DNA of 64,000 bases from Octopus sinensis. Taxonomy: Eukaryota. Made by a program: the position numbers and the translations under genes. Below are positions 54,021 through 64,000 of the stretch, piece by piece; within the stretch, counting starts at the first letter, position 1, and every line of letters begins with the position of its first letter. The stretch is from the NCBI RefSeq assembly GCF_006345805.1, contig NC_043005.1, positions 9,362,001 to 9,426,000 on the forward strand, written 5' to 3'. The notes under the pieces were generated by a model. That model had not been told where the DNA came from. It ran no database searches and saw only the letters and a program-made list of their open reading frames with translations.

Positions 54021-55440
54021 TAATAAAGGATAAAATCATTAAAAATTTCATCAGTGGCCAGTATATACAATAGCCCTATTTAGGTAAATTCAATTATAGA
54101 GATTTACAATAGTCTAAAATTCATTTATAATCAAGAGGACGAGAGCAGCATGCCTATACTGTGAAACTAGACGCTAAATCATCCAACCGCTCTAAATCAT
54201 CACTTTATCTTGAAACCGAGGAAGTAGACTGAAATAAATTTATTAAAGTATTCAGATAGCTTTGGATTGCTCAATTTCTAGATTAGTTTGATAACTCTTC
54301 CTTTATTAGCAAATCATACTGAGCGAAATAAATGAGACATTTATACATACCCGCAAGAAAAAAGCAAACGCGAAGCTGCGATTACTTACCAATACCACAA
54401 TTACACACGCATCAAATTTGGTATTTCACCTCAACGCATGTGCATTTGGTCTGAGTAGTACGGAAATGACTAAACTGTCCCGAAATGAATGGAAAATATT
54501 CGTTAAAAATTACGTTTATTTACTCGTTGTGCAAGATTTTTTATGTGAAATCGTGTGTTGAAACAGATATTGTTGTATTTCGGAATGGTAAATTTGCCAG
54601 TTTAGCCAATAAACTAAATAACTAAACATAGACGCACATAGAGATATACGCATACGCAAATGAAGACGCATACAATAGATATACAAAATGGCTGACGGTT
54701 AGTAAGGAGTGACACACAAATATGAAAGAAGAAAGCAAAAGACCACTGATGCGGTCACAGGAGTGTGATGAAAGAACTCTGGCCGAAATAAGATTAAGAT
54801 TAATGTAAAAAATAAATAAAACTGAAGCAAAGTAACGCCAAATATATAGTGCGTATGTTTTTATTGGCTAAACTGGCAAAATGACCATTCCGAAATACAA
54901 TAATATTCGTTAAAAATGTTATCAGTGGCCAGCATAATAAATTAGACCTATTTAGGTAAATTCACATATAGAGATTTATAATAGTATGATATACATTTAT
55001 AATCAAGGGCACAAGAGCACCATGCCTATACTGTGAAAGTAGACGCTAAAATGTCCAGCCACTATGAATTGTCACTTCAAAGTACAAAAATGTTGAAAGC
55101 GGAGGAATTAGACTGCCAAATTCAAAAAACTTCTGGATTTGTTAGATAACTAATTCTTAACAATTTTATCCTTTATCATATTTCAATATTTTCCATTCAC
55201 TTCGGGACAGTTCAGTCACTTCCGTCCCACTCTGACCAAATACACACGTGTTGAAATGGACTAAGAAATTTGATGCGTATATATTTGTGGTATTTGTATG
55301 TAATCGAAAATTTCGTTTGCTCTTCTGTGGGTATGTAAAAATATCTCATATATTTCGCTCGATGTGATTTGCTGATGAAGGAAGAGTTATCAAACTAAGC
55401 CAGAACTTAATCAATCCAAAGCTCTCTGAATTATTCTATG
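54021..55440. repeat. Compound direct plus inverted repeat A-B-insert-A-B(inverted)
   Basis: A: ~54040-54232 similar to ~54911-55115. B: ~54245-54500 inverted at ~55180-55435. Inner IR 54566-54613 / 54860-54907. Confidence 0.85.
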
Positions 55441-57212
55441 AATTTATGTCAGTATAATTCCTCGCTTTCAACAATTCGCTGTGTATTATAAAGTGATGAT
55501 TTAGCGATTCTTTTCAGTGTATAGGCATAATGCTTTCTGTGCCCTGAGTGATAATGTAGTTTATATTATTATGAATCTCTCGCATCCCACCTCCATCTCT
55601 CTTTCTCTTCATATATATATATATATAAAATCTTTATCTTTTACTTCTTCCACACACTCTCTATGTATATATATATATGAGCGTCCGTGTGTATATATAT
55701 ATATATATATAATATATATATATATATACAGACACAGACACATACATATATTTATATATATATAGTTGTCAAAATGATTGATTTTCTGCCATACAAGACA
55801 TCGCCTTTAATTATTTAGTGCAATAAATTGACACTAATATCTTAAAGCGTAGAAATTATTAGATTGTTTCCATCGTCAAATCGTTAAGTTACATGGGTGT
55901 AAGCAAGAAAAGAGGAGTTGTCGAGCAGTGGCGGAGGACAAATCCAAACCGAAGCATAGATAAATATACATACAATCACACGCACGCGCACACACATATA
56001 ACTAATACAAATATTTGCTGAAGCCGTCAATTTATCAGGCATTACATTTTAAGTCAAATATTCGTATCCTAACAAGAGACAAATATCTTTTTGTTACTAT
56101 ATATGGTTGAGCGTGAGAGCATTGTGTCTGAGCCTGCAATAAGCATACAAAATGGTATGTGATCGTATGTATATAAGGGCAACTTAGTGACGTATCCTTA
56201 TATTCATTTATCTACTCGTCCCATAGAGAACGGCTATTAACATTAGTAGTCGGAGCGTGTAAAGAAATTATTGCTTAGCTAACCAGAATACTGAATATTT
56301 GTGTATATGTATGCAAATTACACACACACACACATATAGATACACACACACACATACAGATACACACACACACACATGTTTACATAAACACTTTTGTGTG
56401 TATGGACGTGGTGTCGGCAGTTAAGTTGGGTTGAACTATGTAAATATGTCCCCGTCTTCAGCTGCATTGAGCTATTTCACTCCATGTTCCCTATAACGCC
56501 TGTTGGTCAGTATATCTAACACTATGCGGGCTCACGCCTTTCATTCTGCCATTAATATATCCCCTCTGTGTCACTGGGTGTCTCTATGTCTCTCTCATTT
56601 AATATTTTTTGCCCAAAGACACATATACACTCACATATGTATGATACACGCACTCGCAGACATATGTATGCATGGATGTTCGAAAATATATTTATATATA
56701 TATGTAGACATATTTTGAACAGTCTCACGTATAAAAGGCCGAAACTGTAATGACGATTGGAAGCTTGACTGATGAACAGAAGACCAGGAATGTACCGTCC
56801 AGGTTTTCCTGTTTTCTTTGTATCGTTCATCTGTCCGTATGTTTATTGTCGTCTGTTACGTTCTCGTTCCGTTTTCTTTGAGGGATGGGATTTATATATA
56901 CATATATATATACATATAAAAATCATCGCTAGATGGTTAGGTTTCGCTCCCCTGCTTGCAATATATAGGACACAGGTGGTGCCGTTAACCAGCCGGAGAA
57001 GGTATTCTTCTGAGGTTTAAAAAGAATGTAGTAACATCGTTCTGTACGGAACAGCCATGCTGCAGTGGCGACAAGCATTACTTTTCAGTAGAGTTACTAC
57101 TTGCACATTTTATAGAGATTATAGAACTACCTAGTTTGTTTGTTACAAGATCAGTTTATTTTTCTATGTATTGCGAAGTAGGGCGAATGACTGTCATCTC
57201 TAGCGGACAGGT

Positions 57213-57256
57213 GTCCAGCACTGAGGAAGGGTAAATACCCTGAAACCAGGCTGGTC
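57213..57256 (+). ncRNA. Hammerhead ribozyme-like motif (family D)
   Basis: CTGAGGA-AGGGT(AAAT)ACCCT-GAAA-CCA(GGC)TGG-TC: core, stem II, stem III and GUC are all present, but the stem I 3' strand does not pair. Confidence 0.55.
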
Positions 57257-57322
57257 TATTCAGATTTTAGAACTAGCTAATTATACATACATACATACAT
57301 ATTTATATATATATATATATAT

Positions 57323-57402
<80 letters not shown>

Positions 57403-57515
57403 ATATATTGATAAAAATGGTAAGACAACAAAAGAATGAAAGAGGAATGTATCTGTAAATGTGATATGCGACAATTATTCGATAGCCATTTTTCATAGCA
57501 TTTTGCCGATGGGTG

Positions 57516-57576
57516 GATAAATGAAGAGACGGTGGCGTGGATTTTCCCCTCGGCATCCGAAACTCAGAGTTTTATT
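57516..57576 (+). ncRNA. Family C hammerhead motif, core C3 mutated, inside an inverted repeat
   Basis: GATAA-ATGAAGA-GACGGTGGCGTGGATTTTCCCCTCGGCATCC-GAAACTCAGAGTT-TTATT. Confidence 0.55.
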
Positions 57577-57612
57577 ATGGCTACCGAATAAGTGTCACAT
57601 ATCACATTTACA

Positions 57613-57649
<37 letters not shown>

Positions 57650-57654
<5 letters not shown>

Positions 57655-57796
57655 GTTATATGTGTGTACGTATACACTCACATATGTACATACTCAGAAT
57701 CACACACACACATAGATATCTATACAATTATATACGCTTTCGTTCCCACATATCAGTACACGCACGTGTATAGTTATGTATCTCAGTGTGTGAATA

Positions 57797-57852
<56 letters not shown>

Positions 57853-57996
57853 TCACACACTGAAATACATAACTATACACGTGCGTGTACTTATATGTAG
57901 GAACGAAAGCGTATATAATTGTATAGATATCTATGTGTGTGTGTGATTCTGAGTGTGTACATATGTGAGTGTATACGTACACACATATAACTGCAT
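57650..57996. repeat. ~350 bp near-perfect palindrome centred on (TA)n
   Basis: 57650-57796 versus 57851-57996: I count 4 mismatches in about 147 bp. Confidence 0.95.
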
Positions 57997-58698
57997 TTGC
58001 ATTTGGACAGGGTTACATTCTTTACAGCTGCAGACATATGCTGCAACATTTTCATACCATTAGCACAATATTTTTTCCATTTTACACTGGGATATTCACA
58101 GATCTCTATACATTTATCTAATGTTATTTAATAGTCCTCATATTTATTCGTTATTAAAATTATTGCCGTTAAATTGATGATGACGTATTTCCAAGTGATA
58201 AGTATCATTTGTCAAAAAAATTGTAATGTGAAATTATGCGATATATTCGTTTTGTTCCAACACAACTGATGTCACAAGTTCTGAATTTGAGATTCTAGAA
58301 TGTTTTTCCTTCAGTTACCATTATCAATTAAGAGATTTTATAGATTTCTCCATTGTTTCGTTTGTAATCTTCCTCTGCGAATAGGCCTTACCTACCTTCT
58401 AGATTTTGGACCATTTTGTCATTATGTGTAGTGGTCCCGTTTAACACCGTTTATGGTAGATAAAAACGCGCATTTCTTATTTCGTTGTTGTCACTGAAGA
58501 ATAACTATCGGAACTATGAATGTTTAGAATTAGACTGTATCAAATATTGTCGGTATTTTGGTTGTCGGCATTTTCGGTATTGGCGTCTCGACATGCAGCA
58601 TTCTCTAGACAGTCAGTGGAAAGATACGATAGTGTACACTTTATGAAGTTAGTGCCAGTTTACACATCACCAGAGTCTGTATTCATTTAATGTGGACA

Positions 58699-58731
58699 AA
58701 TATTCTTCTTCTTCTCCTTCTCATCCTCCTC

Positions 58732-58762
<31 letters not shown>

Positions 58763-58791
58763 TTCTTCTTCATCTTCTTCTTCTTCTTCTT

Positions 58792-58876
<85 letters not shown>
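58699..58876. repeat. Compound (CTT)n-(TAT)n microsatellite
   Basis: Read directly from the sequence. Confidence 0.95.
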
Positions 58877-58878
<2 letters not shown>

Positions 58879-59421
58879 GAGTGAGAGAGCAGTTCATGCC
58901 ATCAAAGTGACACTTGGGTAAAATATACGAAGCCCAATATACCCATCATGACTAACCGTCTGATTAGGGTACACCAGGCACATGCATCACAACCATATGT
59001 GCGCGACATGGTGATCTCATATCAAGATAAACAGCACATGACCTTGCAGGTGGGGCCCAGTTAGAATTTTCTTCAGGTTGAGTAGCCCATCCTGCTCAAA
59101 AGATCCCTGAATAAGGGTTGTTTAAGGATGTTGAAAGAACCACCCATGTTTCCAGAGGTGAATTATTCAAACCCCACAGAATCCCTCTCAACACATGGCT
59201 ATGATGCTCCTCCACTACTTCTGCTCGTGATCAAAGATGCACATATCGTCAGCCACTAAGGGACATGCTCAACTGGTTAAGGTCAAACAACTGACAAGCA
59301 AATCTGTGGTATTGAGCAGAATATTTGCTGTAGCCCAAAAACAATGTACATGATAACACTTCCAATCAGTTAAGATCAGAAGCCATGAGAGCCACTGTTA
59401 AGATCAGAAGCCATGAGAGCC
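58877..59421 (-). mobile_element. ~535 bp (TTA)n-embedded retroposon, copy B, with a terminal tandem duplication
   Basis: Matches copy A. TTAAGATCAGAAGCCATGAGAGCC occurs at 59370-59393 and again at 59398-59421. Confidence 0.82.
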
Positions 59422-59423
59422 TC

Positions 59424-59493
<70 letters not shown>

Positions 59494-59555
59494 GTTGTTA
59501 CTATTATTATTATTATTATATTATATTATTATTATTATTGTTACTATTACTATTA

Positions 59556-59611
<56 letters not shown>

Positions 59612-59649
59612 CATTATTATTATTATTATTATTATCATTATTATCATCA

Positions 59650-59690
<41 letters not shown>

Positions 59691-59693
59691 TAT

Positions 59694-60965
59694 TGTTCAC
59701 GCACAGCTTCTAACGCTGGAGATGTACTACGATATCACCAGTGAACTAAGGTAACACCCCTTATTTTTCGAGCAACATCCGGAGTATTCGAGAGGTTCCA
59801 AAAAGTGCTGTTTTCTGCAAGTGCTCCACTCTTCTTACCGCCCCTATTTGTTCCGTATATTTCTCAAGATTTTTGCACACTGTTCCTAGGTCTCCGACAA
59901 TTATTGGTACTACTAACACCTTTTTCATTGATCACAACTGCTTAACCTCCCAAGCTAACCTGTCATATCTATCTACTTTTCTTTATTTCTTATCGCATAC
60001 CTTATTGTTAGCTGGGCATGCTATATCTATGATCCAGCATAGTTTACTTTCTTTCTCAATTAACACTATGTCTGGTTTTCTATTCGCTCTCTTATGACCG
60101 CACTGAATCATAAAATCCCATAGGATCTTTGCATTTCAGTTTCAAGGATGCCTTCGGGTTTATGTTCGTACCACTTTTTTTACTCTTTCAAGTTCATACT
60201 GGTTGCAAAGTGTCCAATGGACTATCCTTGCCATATTGTCATGGCGTTTCTTATATTCTTTCTAGATTAGAGGCGTACATTGACTGGCAATATGCCATAC
60301 GGTTCCACCATTTTGACCACAAACTCTGCACTTACCACTTTCTGATGTGTTGTTTATTCTGTATTAGATGTAATTCGTTCTTAGTGCTTGCTCTGGGGAA
60401 GCACAGATTAGAGCATCCATTTCTGATTTTAAATCAATTTTAGTCATCCTTAGACATCTTTTTTCTCTGTCTGTCTTATCTTCAACATCCCTATGAAATT
60501 GTCCATGCATTCTTTCCTTTATCCACCTATTTTCAGTTTCATTCATTCTTAAGTGCATGTACAGTGCATTATCTTTGCAATCTTTCATCCTACACAAGCC
60601 TGACCTTCCTACTTCTAATTATGGTGGTTCTTTGGCATTTTTCACATATCATGCTATGTTGTTTTCTTCAGCTCTAAAGCTATGTTCGCATCCAAATAGT
60701 CCTCTTCCCCATTCTTTTTCTTCGTACACACTGTCTCTCTATGTCACTTTTGGGGTTGAGTATCCAATATCTGGTCAGCAACTTCCTTGTCTTTGTGTCT
60801 AAGCTGTTTAGTTCGTCTACTGCCCATGCAACTACCCCTGCTCCATGTCTAATTAGTGAAACCGCCCAGGTGTTGATAGCTTCGATCTTATTCCGTCCAA
60901 GTACTCCACCTTAAATTTTTCTGTCATTTCTTTCTCCATCAATTTATCCTTTCCAATATCCTCAA
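59694..60965 (-). mobile_element. 5'-truncated R4/Dong-clade LINE (RT thumb, CCHC knuckle, restriction-like endonuclease) with a (TAA)n tail
   Basis: AINTWAVSLIRHGAG...LDTKTRKLLT...PKSDIER...GRGL; MHGQFHR...LKSEMDALICASPEQALRTNYI; CRVCG...HIASQC...RHDNMA; ILWDF...RKPDIV...IIDIACP; RILRMLLEK*. Short 3' UTR, then (TAA)n at 59423-59693. Confidence 0.88.
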
Positions 60966-61006
60966 TTGCTTATTATTATTGTCGTTGTTGCTATTGCTGT
61001 TGTTAT

Positions 61007-61546
61007 TTAGTGAGGGAGGAACGCATGCCATCAAAGTGAAACTGAGGTACAAATTTACGAAGGCCAATTTAACCATCGTGACCACCTGTCTCATAAGGGA
61101 ACACCAGGCACATGCATCACAACAATATGTGCGTGGCATGGCGATCTCATATCAAGACAAACAGCACATGATCTCGCAGATGGGGCCCAGTTAAAATTTT
61201 CATCAGGTCGTATATCTCATTCTGCTCAAATGGAAACCGAATAAAGTTGTTCAAGTCTGAACGAAACACCCACGTTTCCAGAGGTGAACTATTCAAACTT
61301 CAAAGAATTCCTCTCAACGTATGGCTATGATGCTCCCTCACTATAATTGCTCCTGAGCAGGGATGCACATATCGTCATCGACTAAGGGACATCCACTAAG
61401 GCACACTGGAGAAGTTCAGCAACCGACAAGGAAATCTGTGGTAGTGAGCAGAGTATTTGTTGCAGCCTATCTTTTAAACCAAGGCAAAACATATACACGA
61501 TGACACTTCTAATGAGTTAAGAACAGAAGCCAAGGGCTCCACTGCC
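61007..61546 (-). mobile_element. ~535 bp (TTA)n-embedded retroposon, copy C (diverged)
   Basis: Collinear with copies A and B, with short TAT repeats on both sides. Confidence 0.78.
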
Positions 61547-62342
61547 CGGGTATTATTATCATTCATATTATTATTATGTACAATTGTTTCTTGGACAGTA
61601 AAGAGGCGCTTTAGCCCGACTGCTTTAGAGTCTTTTTGGAATACACTTATGATGCTGCATACACGTCCGTGTTTTGTGTATGCAGAAATTATACTACACG
61701 TACTCGTCTCATATATATATATATGTGTGTGTGAGTGTGTGTGTGCGTGTGCGTATGTATATATATATATATATATATACATATGTGTGTCTGTGTGCGT
61801 GTGTGTGTGTAATCCCTATGAACGAAATTCAGTCTCATTGAGATGCCCAGATTCGCAGAAACACTGCTTTTTGCCGCTAATCAATAATCAAGCGTGCGTG
61901 TTACTTTCAGTATTGGAAAAGTATGTTAGCACATAATGTATGTAAATATTTCAGTGATTGTGCCAATAATTCTTTATTGCAGATTAATTATTATTAACCA
62001 AATTAATTCACTTCATCAAGGTCAAAGCGTTAAATATATTAATATAAAAATGATCACATGTAGCACACGGATATCAAATCAAGAACGAGATTATAACTGT
62101 CATCCGGGTATTTCTAATATCAATATTTGCTAAACTAGCGTGATATCATTCGTAACCTAATAGTTGCTCCTTTCATTACAGTAAGTGCACTGAACTCACA
62201 AGCTTTGTGAAATGAAGAATGTGGGCAGCACAAGCAAGTGTGTCTATCTGTGCGTTTAAAACACATAATGGCTTTATTTTGGTCGGTACATAATTAAATA
62301 AAAGTCTAGCAACGAATATGAACATTTATGTGTTAGAATATT

Positions 62343-62533
62343 CTCTTTTACTCTTTTACTTGTTTCAGTCATTTGACTGCGGCCATGCTGGAGCACCGCC
62401 TTTAGTCGAGCAAATCGACTCCGGGACTTATTCTTTGTAAGCCCAGTACTTATTCTATCGGCTTTTTTGCCGAACCGCTAAGTGACGGGGACGTAAACAC
62501 ACCAGCATCGGTTGTAAGGCAATGCTAGGGGGA

Positions 62534-62587
<54 letters not shown>

Positions 62588-62758
62588 CATATATACGACA
62601 GGCTTCTTTCAGTTTCCGTCTACCAAATCTACTCACAAGGCATTGGTCGGCCCGGGGCTATAGCAGAAGACTCTTGCCCAAGATGCCACGCAGTGGGACT
62701 GAACCCGGAACCATGTGGTTGGTTAGCAAGCTACTTACAACACAGCCACTCCTGCGCC
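62343..62758 (-). mobile_element. Full-length young SINE family 1
   Basis: Minus-strand head GGCGCAGGAGTGGCTGTGTTGTAAGTAG; tail (AGTAAAAG)2. Confidence 0.93.
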
Positions 62759-62819
62759 TATAAAAATATATCAGTTTTAAATTTTGTTATAAGACCAGCA
62801 ATTTCGGAGAATATGCTAA

Positions 62820-63050
62820 GTCGATTACATCGATCCCAGCGTTCATCAGTTTCTTATTTTATCGATCCTGAAATGATTAAAGACAAAGTGACCTCGCCGG
62901 AATTTGAACCGCAAGCGAAAAGACAGACAAATTTCCGCTCACCATTTTACACGGTGCAGTAACGATTCTGCCAGCTTTTAATGAATTCGACCTCGGCAAG
63001 ATTCGAACTCAGAATGTAAAGACCTAACAATTCTGCTAGCTCGCCGGTTT
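62820..63050 (-). mobile_element. Two decayed family 2-like SINE heads in tandem
   Basis: GACCTCGCCGGAATTTGAAC...TTCTGCCAGC and GACCTCGGCAAGATTCGAACTCAGAATGTAAAGAC...CTGCTAGCTCGCC. Confidence 0.65.
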
Positions 63051-64000
63051 CATGTTAGAATATATTACAAATTCTATGTAACTGATAAATTCCATGCTCC
63101 ACCTGAATTAATTAATCTATAAACATCTCTATTTTGATAATTCCAGTAAATACACTTGCGGCAAAGTTATGCTTTGATATTAAGTTCAGTATAAAGCCGA
63201 AACATCTCTGGAGTTGTCTCGCTTACCACAAAAGGAGAAAAAAATCAATTAAAGTAGCCTTAGTTATTACACAGTTATTGATTTTGTAACCTTTATGTAT
63301 TAATATTCAACAATGTAATTTTCGATTGACACATATACACACCACACACATACTTAAGGTGATCGTCTGTGAAGATATGTTTGCTTCCAAAATTATAGAT
63401 TCCATTTGAACAACAACTATCAACCTTTATGAAATAGTTTGATCAAATTTTATGGTAGCCTCCAATGGTGTCTTGACAGTGGTTCCTTCAAAACTACTAT
63501 TTCGCTTGCACTTAGATGAGGAAATATATAAAAATATTGATATAAAAATACTGATGGCTAAAATGTATTTAGCTGAAAACATGCATTTTGGTGACAATTG
63601 CATCTTGGGATATGATATGTCATACGGGTTAATTAGGGGCTACAATTGAGCAAGTCATTAAATACCATGAGTCCGTTTCGGTGGTAGTGTTTTCAAATGC
63701 ACTGATAACAACTTTTTTCATCTTTATGGGTACATATGTGACGTAACCATAGTTACGGAATGCAGCCAATTGTATTAGTTACACACTTGGAGATAGTGCC
63801 AAAAATGATCTCAACTCAATTATTAAATCGTATGTGGAGTGGGGATGGGGGGTAATTCAAAGGCACTAGTTGACATATGTGATGTTTCCAGCTTCCCACA
63901 TGAGTATCGCCAGTAAATTTCTGTAGCTAACATATACACACATCAGGTATATGTACGTAAATATGTGATAGGTATGCACATTGGACTTTTGAACAGCTTC

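Noticed and set aside
55370-55400. CTGATGAAG motif
   Set aside because: No stem II or GAAA follows, and the inverted partner copy lacks the motif.
56740-56800. GGCCGAAAC...CTGATGA as a possible type II/III hammerhead
   Set aside because: The required stems could not be formed. At most a decayed pseudo-LTR.

Overview
Repeat-saturated, AT-rich eukaryotic DNA with no host protein-coding exon that I can support. It reads as intergenic or intronic sequence. The repeat families and microsatellite load suggest an Octopus (cephalopod) genome; this is inferred from recalled repeat families, not from a search. Almost all ORFs in the supplied track are translated (TA)n/(CA)n/(TAT)n microsatellites. Recognisable content: a frameshifted CR1-type LINE (1-3153) and a truncated sister copy; an RTE LINE remnant; two R4/Dong-type LINE remnants; Penelope-like elements (PLEs, RT plus GIY-YIG) and many solo pseudo-LTRs; two mariner elements; Helitrons; several tRNA-derived SINE families; MITEs; and large fold-back palindromes. 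The most interesting signals are (i) at least eight minimal type I hammerhead-ribozyme motifs in four sequence families, most tied to PLE-type pseudo-LTRs sitting in (TA)n tracts, (ii) a train of (TAA)n-targeting retroelements, made of a Dong-like LINE plus a ~535 bp non-coding element that may be its non-autonomous partner, (iii) a Helitron flanked by an exact 28 bp duplication, and (iv) near-perfect 350-540 bp hairpins. Ribozyme activity and mobilisation partnerships are hypotheses, and the element boundaries marked ~ are approximate.
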